Of a stretch of DNA of 64,000 nt, positions 26,971 through 40,507 are shown piece after piece (the stretch's first letter is position 1; each line of letters opens with the position of its first letter). Source of the stretch: Chrysemys picta bellii (Eukaryota); contig NC_088810.1 of the NCBI RefSeq assembly GCF_011386835.1, positions 23,250,001 to 23,314,000 on the forward strand. The letters are read 5' to 3'. A model generated the notes under the pieces. The model ran no database searches. It saw only the letters and a program-made list of their open reading frames with translations, and was not told the DNA's origin. The position numbers were made by a program, and so were the translations under genes.

Positions 26971-27508
26971 TCTGTCATTCAAGGGGTAGGGGCTAGACTT
27001 AACAATGCATTAACCAAGAAATTTGCTGGCCAATTTTCTTTTCCTTCTGAAAACCTGTGTCCTTCTCCTGCAAACAGTCACACCGATGCTTACCCTGAAC
27101 CATGTGATTGGTCTTCTTGAAACCAAAGGAAAAATGTACACAGGATTTTTTCAGACAAAGACAGTAACAAGGATTCAATAGAGCTGGTTAGGTTGGTGAC
27201 TAGGGGTAAGTAGAGCAAGAAGACTAAAAGCAGAATACAGGACCAGAGTTGGAGACACGAAGAGAGGGGCTAGGTCTGTCTTTGTTACTCTCTTTCTCTC
27301 TCTCGCTCTCTCTTTAGGTCTCTACATGACCTCAATTGTGTTTTGCCTTAGTTGAGACTGACCAAGGGGAAACAAGTGATTTAAAATGGTGGCACACCAG
27401 ACTTGTTTGTCAAACTCTACAGCTGCAATAAAGAAGACAATTTGAGAAATACATTACTTTGGAGCTGGTGATAGGATATGGCCTTCGTGAAACCATGGAT
27501 ATATAGCC

Positions 27509-27557
27509 TTTTCTTTTCTTTTCTTTTCTTTTCTTTTCTTTTCTTTTCTTTTCTTTT
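27509..27557. repeat. (TTTTC)9 microsatellite
   Basis: Direct count; paralogue (TTTTC)9 at 36848-36896. Confidence 0.95.
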
Positions 27558-27823
27558 GAAAATTTCTACTCCCCTTTATTTCAAATTCAAATATATAATA
27601 CATTATACTATTGGTCTTTTGGTTTTAATTTCTCCTCAATTTGTTATCTTTTCATATCATGAAAGGCTTCCATATCATTTGACCAAAGAGGAAGACTGGC
27701 AATATTAGGGCATTTGTTCTCAATGAAGCTTATGAATTGCCAGTGAAAGGCTAACTTCAGTTAGCTAACAGTAAAGGTTTCTTCTTCAGCCGTTCAGGAC
27801 TTCAGTGCTGCAGCTTTAAATTG

Positions 27824-28606
27824 ACAACCCCCCAACTTAAAGCAAATACTCACCAGCAACCACACATCACTGAACATAACCACTGACCCAGGAACCTATC
27901 CTTGTAACAAAGCCCGATGCCAACTCTGTCCACATATCTATTCAAGTGACATCATCATAGGACCTAATCACATCAGCCATACCATCAGGGGCTCGTTCAC
28001 CTGCACATCTACCAATGTGATATATGCCATCATGTGCCAGCAATGCCCTTCTGCCAGGTACATTGGCCAAACCGGACAGTCTCTACGCAAAAGAATTAAT
28101 GGACACAAATCTGACATCAGGAATCATAATACTCAAAAACCAGTGGGAGAACACTTTAACCTGTCTGGTCATTCAGTGACAGACATGCGGGTGGCTATAT
28201 TACAACAGAAAAACTTCAAAAACGGACTCCAACGAGAGACTGCTGAGCTGGAATTGATATGCAAACTAGACAAAATCAACAAAGGATTGAATAACAACTG
28301 GGAATGGCTGAGCCATTACAAACATTGAATCTATCTCCCCTTGTAAGTATTCTCACACTTCTTATCAAACTGTCTGTACTGGGCTATCTTGATTATCACT
28401 TCAAAAGTTTTTTTTCTCTTACTTAATTGGCATCTCAGAGTTGGTAAGACAACTCCCACCTGTTTATGCTCTCTGTATGTGTGTATATATATCTCCTCAA
28501 TATTTATTCCACTTTGTATGCATCCGAAGAAGTGGGCAGTAGGCCACGAAAGCTTATGCTCTAATCAATTTGTTAGTCTCTAAGGTGCCACAAATATTCC
28601 TGTTCT
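27824..28606 (+). mobile_element. 5'-truncated Penelope-like retroelement, 783 bp
   Basis: Open frame 27825-28328 (QPPNLKQIL...CNKARCQLC...VIYAIMC...YIGQTGQ...H...E) is a Cys/His linker plus GIY-YIG endonuclease; TSD CTTTAAATTG at 27814-27823 and 28607-28616. Confidence 0.9.
28524..28561 (+). ncRNA. Hammerhead-ribozyme-like motif in the Penelope 3' terminal repeat
   Basis: CCGAAGA-A-GTGG..CCAC-GAAA-GC-TTAT-GC-TC. Variant core; stem I not evident. Confidence 0.45.
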
Positions 28607-30062
28607 CTTTAAATTGCTATCATCCTCGAGTATCTCAAAGGGGAGGGATTCATCCTTAGCCCATAGAGCAGTGCTAGGGATGGAAACGGAGATTGGTTTG
28701 GCCAAATGCCTCCAGATAAAGCACCCATATCAAATGGCCATGTCAATAAAGTTTTCCCAGTCTTTGTCTTTATCCATAATCTCTGCTGAAAAACCCAAAT
28801 CCTCGGGAAAGGAATCTCTATAGGAAATTTTCTTTTCCTTCTGAAAATTTGGGCCCTTCTCCTGCAAGCAGTCACACCGATGCTTACCATGAAACCAAAG
28901 GAAAAATGTACATTCTTTAAGTGACAATATATATAAATCATTTCAGGAAAAGACACTTTGCTCAACCAGGTAAGGAAAGGAGGAACTCTTTGCAGAGGGC
29001 TTGTATAATCCTATGGACCTCTTCAAGGGCCGGATTCACTCATAGTAAAGGTTTCTTCCTCAGCCGTTCAGGACTTCAATGCTGCAGCTTTAAATTGCTA
29101 TCATCCTCGAGTATCTCAAAGGGGAGGGATTCATCCTTAGCCCATAGAGTAGTGATAGGGATGGATACAGGGATTGGTTTGGCCAAATGCCTCCAGATAA
29201 AGCACCCATATCAAATGGCCATGTCAATAAAGTTTTCCCAGTCTCTGTCTTTATCCATAATCTCTGCTGAAAACCCCAAATCCTGGGGAAAGGAAGCTCT
29301 ATAGAAAAGTGAGGTTACTTGTGGACTTAAAGTTGAGAAGAGCTTTCTAGTGAACAGCCAAACTTTCAAAGAGCTCTAGAAGCAAAGGCTGCCTGTCTCC
29401 AAAGATACTCTGACATTCAAGGGGTCGGTTCTAGACTTAACCGTGCATTAACCGAGCAATTTGCTGGCCAATTTTTTTTTCCTTCTTAAAACCTAGGCCC
29501 TTCTCCTGCAAACAGTCACACCGATGCTTACCATGAAACCAAAGGAAAAATGTACATTCTTTAAGTGACAATATATATAAATCATTTCAGGAAAAGACAC
29601 TTTGCTCAACCAGGTAAGGAAAGGAGGAACTCTTTGCAGAGGGCTTGTATAATTCTATGGAACTCTTCAAGGGCCGGATTCACTCTATGGCTTTCAAAGT
29701 TGGAACTTGAGATGTGCCCGGTTCTGCCTGCTCCACAGAGATGAATTTTTAACCAAGTAGGGAAAAACAAGGAGAACCATAAGACTGATATGATGATGCA
29801 ACATAGTTTTTAATGTGAATGAAATTTGCAGTACAAAGTTACAGGAAGAAACAATACAGAGCAGAACCTTTTTAAGTTCCTTGTTTTACACCAGTTGGTA
29901 GGAAATAAAATACAGCATAATAGAGGCAGAGGACTAGGCAGGTGCTCCATTACATATCTGCCGTAGCATAATTCAAAGTGAGATGCTTACGATTCATATC
30001 GGTGGAAAGGATAGAACATGTAGGGCCTATTCTACTTTATTTCATGGATATTCCTGTTGGGA

Positions 30063-30623
30063 TTAACATGGCCCACAGTATCCACCGCGATACCTACGGC
30101 CATATCCCCCGTAACCGCATAATCCCCCATAACCACCTAATCCCCCATAACCGTAACCTCCCCCGTAACCACACAGTCCCCCATAACCTCCCCCGTAACC
30201 ACACAATCCCCCATATCTACCCAATCCCCCATAACCACCTAATCCCCCATAACCGTAACCTCCCCCGTAACCACACAGTCCCCCATAACCACCCAATCCC
30301 CCATAACCGTAAAGGCCCCCATAACCACCAAATCCCCCTAAACCATACAATCCTCCATAATGGCCTCCAGAACCATACAGTCCCCCCAAACCAAATGAGC
30401 CCCCGTAGCCAGCTCCGACCACAGGTGCTCCTACGGCTGCCACTTCACTCTGCTGAGGGAAAGTGCTGAGAATTGGTCCTGGGAGGGTCACGGCAACCGG
30501 TGATGGTCTGATGACCACTTCAGAGTCAGGGCACTGCCTAACGCACGGCTCATTGCAGCTGCCAGAAACTGGACTGGGACGGGCCACCCCACATTCTGGA
30601 TAGGACAGGCTGGAGCAAGACAT
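30063..30623 (-). CDS. Corneous beta-protein gene 6, 186 aa
   Basis: CBP core (PVAVT variant); intron 30645-31286. Confidence 0.95.
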   Translation of the reverse strand: MSCSSLSYPECGVARPSPVSGSCNEPCVRQCPDSEVVIRPSPVAVTLPGPILSTFPQQSEVAAVGAPVVGAGYGGSFGLGGLYGSGGHYGGLYGLGGFGGYGGLYGYGGLGGYGGLCGYGGGYGYGGLGGYGGLGRYGGLCGYGGGYGGLCGYGGGYGYGGLGGYGGLCGYGGYGRRYRGGYCGPC

Positions 30624-31286
30624 CTTTCTGTGATGGAGATAAACCTGAAACACACAACAGGGAACAGATTCAAGAGAAGTTACAAGTGTCAGTGGAAGAA
30701 AGGCTTCAAAGGTCAGTTACTATTATGGTGATGTCTACAAGGGCCCCGAGAGAGAGGAGGAGGAGTAGACGCAGTCCCTATGTTCATGGTTATTATTTGT
30801 TCCTATTTCCGCTTTCTTCGCCTCTTCTCCTCTCCAACTAAACTTCTATCCCAACTGGCCCCTTTGAAGTCCTCTCCATGTCTGCAACAGTGATGAATAA
30901 TAGCTTCTTCAGAATAAAGTAGAAGACCAATGTATTGCCCTGTTATGGAGTGAACTGGTAATGTTTCTTACTAATCTACCGAAAAGAGAAATGACTAAAG
31001 GATTTTATAAAGTCACTTAAAAGATTTAAATGCCCTAATTATACTTCCAATTAATAGACAATATATTTCCCATTTCCATATGTTGCTTCTTCAGTCCCCC
31101 CGTAAGCTTAGCATTGTGAATCCAAGAGCCCTTGCAATTGAATAAGTGCACAATGTAATTATGGAATAACACCCTCATCCCTGATAAAAGTCACTGAGAG
31201 TATGTGCAAGATTCAATCTTGAACGGAAATGGAAGCTACTAGGATATCTCTATGGTAAGAAAGAGATGGAGTCGAAATGGACTTAC

Positions 31287-31354
31287 CGTGTTCACCGAAG
31301 AGATGAAGTGCAGAGAAGTGTTTAGAAGAGTCCTGAGATGTGAGCACTTTTATA
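31287..31354 (-). promoter_or_regulatory. Gene 6 TATA box and exon 1
   Basis: Same 68-nt module. Confidence 0.85.
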
Positions 31355-34300
31355 CAGTTTGTAGGACTGCCTGAAGGATCTGAGATTCCTTTTATGGAGG
31401 CGGTCCCAATTAGTTACCAAACAAACTTGACTGTCTTGCTAAATCCTCCTTTTGATGGAGCTGTTTTCCTCAGGGTTTGGGATTGTTGGGCTAATCTCAG
31501 CCTGAAAGGGTGTGACATTGTTGCATTCTTCAGCTTTCTTTCATCTAAAAATTGTACAAGCCAACTGCAATCCTCGTGTCATTCCATTGACTGACTTGGT
31601 GCTGCCATGAGAATGCATGTCAAGCTGATTCAGAGCTGTGTCAGTAGTGCAACTGAATGTCATGAACAGGAATCTGGTTTGGTCCTTTCCATTTATGCTG
31701 GTCATGGTTAGGGGCATTGGGCAGTGCATTTTGTACCCGGTAGGAAGGAGGGAGGCATTTTTGTACATTGGGTCAGATCCAGTCCCCTTTGTAATCAATG
31801 GGATTCATACCATTGCCTTCAGTGTGTTTCTTCTCAGGACCTTATATCTGAAATTCCCCCTTTGGCAGGGGGATAGTACGATGCCTATGGCCATTTTGAG
31901 TCCAACTTGAAACGTTGAAACTAGGACTCAGCAGGGACTGTAGTGGAGCATGGGCCTTTGTGATGGCCCTCTGCCAAGGGGAGAATTTCTTCTTACAGGG
32001 ATACAAAATTAACCTAAAATTGGACCTCCACTTGTGGCACCAATTATAAACAATTATCAAAGGAAGATTAAAAAAAAATAGAATGAGCCTCTTTAAGAGT
32101 TACTTTCAGGGTTAGTGACAGATTTGGAAGGCATGATTGGTAAGTGTCCAGGAGGGTTCAAGAGATTGAGGTTAGTATTTGGCATGACTAGTCCCAACTA
32201 TTGGGGGCTTTTTCTGACTTTGTCAATCATGCCCTGTCTGACCTTGAACTTAATATGTCTCCGTTCACCTCTCAGTAAAACAGGTATAATTATAATTGGA
32301 AAGCTCTTCACAAACAATTTATACAGCCAAAGTTACGTACAGTATTATTATAGTAGTAATAACTTTTTATTGCAATTAGACGTTCCAATATTCACTTTAG
32401 AAATGCATGTCAAGGTCATAGATGTCATTCCAGTACGCGGTTCATGATTCTGAGCTCCCTCCCGCTAAAATGGAGGCTCTTTAAGTTTTTTTGAATGTAG
32501 CATTTTTTCCCCTTCTAGATATATTTTAAAGTTGAAGGGCCTTAATGTGAGCTAGTGTTGACCAGCACAACTCCTTCAACTTCAATTTGAAGGAAGGCAC
32601 TTTACCCAGCCCAGGGTAGAGAAAACCTTGTGTGGGGTGTATCTTTCTGTGTATACTCCGTACCTCCACTCCCAACTGTGTAAGTCAAATCAGACTTACC
32701 AAGTTCACCAAGACGAATAATGCTGGATAAATGATCTGAAAAGGTCTAAGTTGCAGGTGCTTTCATATGATTTAGAAAGTACGTGAGATACTGTTTACTT
32801 CTGGTGAGGACATTATTCGCTACAAAACCAATCTTGTTGAATGCATAACAACTTCAATGGATGTAAATGCTTTCCTCATTGTTTGTGATTATTAGTGTAA
32901 AGCTACAATTAATGAAATTTTAATATGAAAATTATGAGGCTGTATATCATGGGAATCTGAAGAAGGAATCCAGTTTGGGCCTTTCAATTTATGCTGGTCA
33001 TGGTTGGGGCATTGGGCAGTTCATTTTGTACCCGGTAGGAAGGAGGGAGGCATTTTTGTGCACTGGGTCAGATCCAGTTCCCTTTGTAATCAATGGGAAT
33101 CACTCTGCTGCCTTCAGGACCTTATATCTGAAATTCCCCCTTTGGCAGGGGGATAGTACGATGCCTATGGACATTTTGAGTCCAACTTGAAAGATTCAAA
33201 CTAGGATTCATCAGGGACTGTAGTTTAGCACGTGTCTTTGTGCTGACCCTCTGCAAAGGGGAGAATTTCTCCTAGCAGGGATTCAAAATTAACCTAAAAT
33301 TGGACCTCCACTTGTGGCACCAATTCTAAACAATTATCAAAAGGAGATTAAAAAAAATAGAATGAGCCTCTCTAAGAGTTTCTTTCAGGGTTAGTGACAG
33401 ATTTGGAAGCCATGATTGGTAAGTGTCCAGTAGGGTTCAAGAGATTGAGGTTAGTGTTAGGCATGAGTAGTCCCAACTATTGGGGGCTTTTTCTGATTTT
33501 GTCAATCATGTCCTGTCTGACCTTGACCTTAACATACCTCCGTTCACCTCTGTGTAAAACAGGTATAATTATAATTTGAAAGCACTTCACAAACATTTTA
33601 TACGGCCAAAGAGACGTACTGTATTATTATAGTAGTAATAACTTTTTTACTGAAATTAGATGGTCCAATATTCATTTTAAAAATGCATGTCAAGGTCTCA
33701 GATGTCATTCCAGTACTCCGTTCACCATTCTGAGCTACCACCACCTCAAAGGAAGGATCTTTGAGTTTTTTGAATGTAGCTTTGTTTTCCCTTGTTTGAA
33801 GGAAGGCTTTTACCCAACCTAGGTTAGAGAAAATCTTGTTTGGAGTGTATCTTTCTGTGCATACACTGCACCTCCACCCCAACTGTGTGAGTGAAATCAG
33901 ACTTACCAAGTTCACCAAGACGAATATTGCTAGCTATGTGATCTGAAAAATTCTAAGTTACAGGTGCTTTCATATGATTTAGAAAGGATGTGAGATGACC
34001 TTTTCTTCTGATGAGGACCTTATTAGCTACGAAACCAATCTTATTGAATGCATAACAACTTCGATGGATGTAAATGCTTTCCTCATTGTTTGTGATTATT
34101 AGTGTAAAGCTACAATTAATGAAATTTTAATACAAAAATTATGAGGCTGTATATCATGGCCTGAGTAGGGAGGGTCATGAGATAGCTTGCTGTGCCTTTT
34201 TTGAGGTGACTCAAGCACTCAGGATTGGGCGTCTAACACAAAGAGGACACCCTCAATATTATAATAATAAAACACTTTGCACTTATAAAAGAGTAATGAG

Positions 34301-34652
34301 TGTTTTTGCAATGCCTTGAAATTCATAGTCCCGAGGAAGCCTCGTACGTAGCATAGCTGTTGTTATCCCTGTTTTACATGCAGATGCACAGAAGCACTTT
34401 GAGGTGAAGATTATACACTGAATCCACTTAAAGAATTACACACAAAGTGCCCATTAATTCCAAGATATGCTATAAAATAAAGCCTAACTATAACCTCAGC
34501 AAATTGACTGGTGCATGGAAAAGTTCCATTATCCCGTTGATGGAAGAGATGGAAAAATACCTTTTGGAAAATATAGGCTTTGAAAGTTTACTTTCATTGG
34601 TCACTGTGCCTTTTCTGTCCTCTACTCATTGCTGTGTGTTGCAAGCTGAAAG

Positions 34653-34834
34653 ATGTCTTGCTCTAGAAACCCATGATGGGTGGTACCATGTGGGGTGACA
34701 GAACCTCGGTCGGTTGCTACGCGCTGCAATGATCCATTGATTAGGCCGTAGCAAGACCGCAGAGTGTTTACCTACCCACCACTGGCTGCTGTGATTAACT
34801 TGGGACCAATTTTAGCTCTTTTCCTCAGGAGTGA
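34653..34834 (+). pseudogene. Diverged CBP pseudogene psi2
   Basis: Paralogue of psi1; stop at codon 8, 1-nt deletion near the core end, shortened 5' UTR. Confidence 0.85.
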
Positions 34835-35028
34835 GGAGTTTTAAGATGAAACAGAGGTCCAGAATGTATTGTGCATGTCCTACCATATGGAGCTAAGAAC
34901 AAACTAATCGTCAAAAACACGGAGGAAAAAATACATCAGTTGAAGGGGTTACACACAGTTTGTTTTAAACTAATTAGACTTACAGAAACAAAAGGCCTAT
35001 CTAGTCCTCTAGGCTGTCTACAAAACTG

Positions 35029-35095
35029 TATAAAAACACTCATGACTCAGACGTCTTCAAACCACGTGTTTAACTTATTCACTTCCATTAATTGG
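35029..35095 (+). promoter_or_regulatory. Orphan promoter/exon 1 P2
   Basis: Paralogue of P1; donor GG|GTAAGT. Confidence 0.7.
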
Positions 35096-37409
35096 GTAAG
35101 TCCTATTCGACTCACTCTCTCTTTAATCTTTGAGATGATGTGTTAGCATGTCAGTGATAGTTTTAATTTAGGACTGAATCTTGCACATTCACTCCATGAT
35201 TCTTAACAGCGTTAAAGGTTTTGTTTGGTTCTTTTTCAATATCTTTTAGTCCATTATAAAGTTGCAGGAATTTTTTTCTTCAGTTTAGAAGCTAAGACTT
35301 GAATTTTCAGAGTAAGACATGCATTTGTAACACTAGATCTTATTGATTTCAGTTAGAACTTGGGCTTTCAGATCCCGTAGGTAGCTCTGAAAATTTTCAC
35401 CCCCAATTTTTCATTTAGAGTTTAAGAAGAAATTTCTACTCCCTTTTATTTCAAATTCAAATATATGTTACATTATACTATTGGTCTTATGTTCAAAATT
35501 TCTCCTCCATTCCTTATCTTTTCATATCATGAAAGGCTTCCATATTGTTAGGCCAAAAGTTTCTGCCAGTTTTGCACATCTCCACTGTTCCTGCACAACT
35601 CAGTAAAGCTTGTGGCCTGTTATCAAGAAATATTGAGCATAGAAAGCTTCCGTTAGCTTTAATAGGAGTTTTCAGTAGTCAGTAATCGAGAAAAATGGGC
35701 CTGGAGCCTCTCCTGTCAGGCATCTAATATTAATGGCTCATTTGGAAAGACATTTTCTTAGATGTTTCCAGAACTAAGACCGTTGTTATATTTGCTGATT
35801 TAGCCCAGGTCCAATTGTGTTACAGCTTGAGTTGACCATAAAACACTATCACTGGAATTCAAATGATCAGAGTTTGCTAGGCCTACCAATTTAACAATAA
35901 CAAAAGAAAAATTAAGTAGATATTTTAGAGAGGAAGACTGGCAATATTAGGGCATTTGTTCTCAATGAAGCTTATGAATTGCCAGTGAAAGGCTAACTGC
36001 TCATAGTAAAGGTTTCTTTCTCAGCCGTTCAGGACTTCAATGCTGTGGCTTTAAATTGCTATCATCCTCGAGTATCTCAAAGGGGAGGGATTCATCCTTA
36101 GCCCATAGAGTAGTGCTAGGGATGGAAACGGGGATTGGTTTGGCCAAATGCCTCCAGATAAAGCACCCATATCAAATGGCCATGTCAATAAAGTTTTCCC
36201 AGTCTCTGTCTTTATCCATAATCTCTGCTGAAAAACCCAAATCCTGGGGAAAGGAAGCTCTATAGAAAAGTGAGGTTACTTGTGGACTTAAAGTTGAGAA
36301 GAGCTTTGTAGTGAACAGCCAAACCTTCAAAGCGCTCTAGAAGCAATGGCTGCCTGTCTCCAAAGATACTCTGCCATTCAAGGGGTCGGGGCTAGACTTA
36401 ACCATGCATTAACCAAGCAATTTGCTGGCCCATTTTCTTTTCCTTCTGAAAACCTGTGTCCTTCTCCTGCAAACAGTCACACCGATGCTTACCCTGAACC
36501 ATGTGATTGGTCTTCTTGAAACCAAAGGAAAAATGTATACAGGATTTTTTCAGACAAAGACAGTAACAAGGATTCAATAGAGCTGGTTAGGTTGGTGACT
36601 AAGGGTAAGTAGAGCAAGAAGACTAAAAGCAGAATACGGGGCCAGAGTTGGAGACACGAAGAGAGGGGCTATGTCTGTCTTTGTTACTCTCTTTCTCTCT
36701 CTCGCTCTCTCTTTAGGTCTCTACATGACCTCAATTGTGTTTTGCCTTAGTTGAAACTGACCAAGGGGAAACAAGTGATTTAAAATGGTGGCACACCGGA
36801 CTTGTTTGTCAAAATCTACAGCTTCGTGAAACCATGGATATATAGCCTTTTCTTTTCTTTTCTTTTCTTTTCTTTTCTTTTCTTTTCTTTTCTTTTGAAA
36901 ATTTCTACTCTCCTTTATTTCAAATTCAAATATATAATACATTATACTATTGGTCTTCTGGTTTTAATTTCTCCTCAATTCGTTATCTTTTCATATCATG
37001 AAAGGCTTCCATATCATTTGACCAAAGAGGAAGACTGGCAATATTAGGGCATTTGTTCTCAATGAAGCTTATGAATTGCCAGTGAAAGGCTAACTGCTCA
37101 TAGTAAAGGTTTCTTCCTCAGCCGTTCAGGACTTCAATGCTGCAGTTTTAAATTGCTATCACCCTCGAGTATCTCAAAGGGGAGGGATTCATCCTTAGCC
37201 CATAGAGTAGTGCTAGGGATAGAAACGGGGATTGGTTTGGCCAAATGCCTCCAGATAAAGCACCCATATCAAATGGCCATGTCAATAAAGTTTTCCCAGT
37301 CTTTGTCTTTATCCATAATCTCTGCTGAAAAACCCAAATCCTGGGGAAAGGAAGCTCTATAGAAAAGTGAGGTTACTTTTGGACCTAAAGTTGAGAAGAT
37401 CTTTCTAGT

Positions 37410-39961
37410 ATCATAGAATCATAGAATATCAGGGTTGGAAGGGACCTCAAGAGGTCATCTAGTCCAACCCCCTGCTCAAAGCAGGACCAATTCCCAATTA
37501 AATCATCCCAGCCAGGGCTTTATCAAGCCGGGCCTTAAAAACCTCCAAGGAAGGAGACTCCAGCGCCTCCCTAGGTAACGCATTCCACTGCTTCACCACC
37601 CTCCTAGTGAAATAGTGTTTCCTAATATCCAAACTGGACCTCCCCCACTGCAACTTGAGACCATTGCTCCTTGTTCTGTCATCTGCCACCACTGAGAACA
37701 GCTGAGCTCCATCCTCTTTGGAACCCCCCTTCAGGTAGTTGAAGGGTGCTTTCAAATCCCCCCTCATTCTTCTCTTCTGGAGAGTAAACAATCCCAGTTC
37801 CCTCAGCCTCGCCTCATAAGTCATGTGCTCCAGACCCCTGATCATTTTTGTTGCCCTCCGCTGGACTCTTTCCAATTTTTCCACATCCTTCTTGTAGTGT
37901 GGGGTCCAAAACTGGAGACAGTATTCCAGATGAGGCCTCACCAATGTCGAATAAAGGAGAACGATCACGTTCCTCGATCTGCTGGCAATGCCCCTACTTA
38001 TACAGCCCAAAATGCCGTTAGCCTTCTTGGCAACAAGAGCACACTGTTGACTCATATCCAGCTTCTTGTCCACTGTGACCCCTAGGTCCTTTTCTGCAGA
38101 ACTGCTACCTAGCCATTCGGTCCCTAGTCTGTAGCAGTGCATGGGATTCTTCCGTCCTAAGTGCAGGACTCTGCACTTATCCTTGTTGAACCTCATCATG
38201 TTTTTTTTGGCCCAATCCTTTAATTTGTGTAGGTCCCTCTGTATCCGATCCTTACCCTCTAGTTTATCTACCACGCCTCCTACTTTAGTGTCATCTGCAA
38301 ACTGGCTGAGAGTGCAGTCTACGCCATCCTCCAGATCATTAATAAAGATATTAAACAAAACCGGCCCCAGGACCGACCCTTGGGGCACTCCGCTTGAAAC
38401 CGGCTGCCAACTAGACATGGAGCCATTGATCACTACCCGTTGAGCCCGACGATCTAGTCAGCTTTCTATCCACCTTACAGTCCATTCATCCAGCCCATAC
38501 TTCTTTAACTTGGCGGCAAGAATACTGTGGGAGACCGTATCAAAAGCTTTGCTAAAGTCAAGGAATAACACATCCACTGCTTTCCCCTCATCCACAGAGC
38601 CAGTTATCTCATCATAGAAGGCAATTAGGTTAGTCAGGCACGACTTCCCCTTGGTGAATCCATGCTGACTGTTCCTGATCACTTTCCTCTCCTCTAAGTG
38701 TTTCATAATTGTTTCCTTGAGGGCCTGCTCCATGATTTTTCCAGGGACTGAGGTGAGGCTGACTGGCCTGTAGTTCCCCGGATCCTCCTTCTTCCCTTTT
38801 TTAAAGATGGGCACTACATTAGCCTTTTTCCAGTCATCTGGGACCTCCCCCGATCGCCATGAGTTTTCAAAAATAATGGCTAATGGCTCTGCAATCTCAT
38901 CCGCCAACTCCTTTAGCACCCTTGGATGCAGCGCATCCAGCCCCATGGACTTGTGCACGTCCAGTTTTTCTAAATAGTCCCGAACCACTTCTTTCTCCAC
39001 AGAGGGCTGGTAACCTTCTCCCCATATTGTGCTGCCCAGGGCAGCAGTCTGGGAGCTGACCTTGTTCGTGAAGACAGAGGCAAAAAAAGCATTGAGTACA
39101 TTAGCTTTTTTCCACATCCTCGGTCACTAGGTTGCCTCCCTCATTGAGTAAGGGGCCTACACTTTCCTTGACTTTCTTCTTGTTGCTAACATAACTGAAG
39201 AAACCCTTCTTGTTACTCTTAAAATCTCTTGCTAGCTGCAACTCCAAGTGTGATTTGGCCCTTCTGATTTCACACCTGCATGCCTGAGCAATATTTTTAT
39301 ACTCCTCCCTGGTCATTTGTTCAATCTTCCACTTCTTGTAAGCTTCTTTTTTGCATTTAAGGTCAGCAAGGATTTCACTGTTTAGCCAAGCTGGTTGCCT
39401 GCCATATTTACTATTCTTTCTACACATCGGGATGGTTTGTTCCTGCAACCGCAATAAGGATTCTTTGAAATACAGCCAGCTCTCCTGGATTCCTTTCCCC
39501 CTCATGTTATTCTCCCAGGGGATCCTGCCCATCTGTTCCCTGAGGGAGTCAAAGTCTGCTTTTCTGAAGTCCAGGGTCCTTATTCTGCTGCTCTCCTTTC
39601 TTCCTTGTGTCAGGATCCTGAACTCGACCATCTCATGGTCACTGCCTCCCAGGTTCCCATCCACTTTTGCTTCCCCTACTAATTCTTCCCTGTTTGTGAG
39701 CAGCAGGTCAAGAAAAGCTCTGCCCCTAGTTGGTTCCTCCAGCACTTGCACCAGGAAATTGTCCCCTACACTTTCCAAAAACTTCCTGGATTGTCTGTGC
39801 ACCGCTGTATTGCTCTCCCAGCAGATATCAGGGTGATTAAAGTCTCCCATGAGAACCAGGGCCGGCGATCTAGCAACTTCTGCTAGTTGCCAGAAGAAAG
39901 CCTCATCCACCTCATCCCCCTGGTCTGGTGGTCTATAGCAGACTCCAACCACGACATCATC
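37410..39961 (-). mobile_element. 5'-truncated CR1 LINE (PsCR1-like), 2.55 kb
   Basis: 3' tail (ATTCTATG)2; AP-endonuclease remnant and RT with FADD motif; TSD CTAGT at 37405-37409 and 39962-39966; empty site ctttctagtgaacagcc in paralogues. Confidence 0.95.
37498..39952 (-). pseudogene. Disrupted CR1 ORF2 (endonuclease part plus reverse transcriptase)
   Basis: Three track ORFs join through a +1 frameshift in an A run near 39110 and a TGA in place of Trp ([15 protein letters not shown]) at 38458. Confidence 0.9.
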
Positions 39962-40315
39962 CTAGTGAACAGCCAAAATTTCAAAGCGCTCTAGAAGCAA
40001 AGGCAGCCTGTCTCCAAAGAGACTCTGCCATTCAAGGGGTCGGGGCTAGACTTAACCATGCATTAACCAAGCAATTTGCTGGCCAATTTTCTTTTCCTTC
40101 TGAAAACCTGGTCCCTTCTCCTGCAAACAGTCACACCGATGCTTACCATGAAACCAAAGGAAAAATGTACATTCCTTAAGTGACAATATGTATAAATCAT
40201 TTCAGCAAAAGACACTTTGCTCAACCAGGTAAGGAAAGGAGGAACACTTTGCAGAGTGCCCATTAATTCCAAGATATGCTATAAAATAAAGCGTCACTAT
40301 AAACTCAGCAAATTG

Positions 40316-40507
40316 AAGAACAGGAGGACTTGTGGCACCTTAGAGACTAACAAATTTATTAGAGCATAAGCTTTCGTGGACTACAGCCCACGCTGTAGTC
40401 CACGAAAGCTTATGCTCTAATAAATTTGTTAGTCTCTAAGGTGCCACAAGTCCTCCTGTTCTTCTTTTTGCGGATACAGACTAACACGGCTGCTACTCTG
40501 AAACCTT
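40316..40507 (+). mobile_element. Penelope-like terminal fragment with inverted 5' portion
   Basis: 73-bp perfect inverted repeat 40315-40387/40392-40464; TSD TCAGCAAATTG at 40305-40315 and 40508-40518; empty site near 34497. Confidence 0.9.

Larger units (their letters stand above)
21200..37400. repeat. Tandem segmental duplication, ~9.4 kb period
   Basis: Offsets 21915->31340, 22213->31638, 23549->32975, 23969->33394 (9425-9426). Confidence 0.85.

Noticed and set aside
37825-39836. Plus-strand ORFs within the CR1
   Set aside because: Antisense shadows of ORF2.
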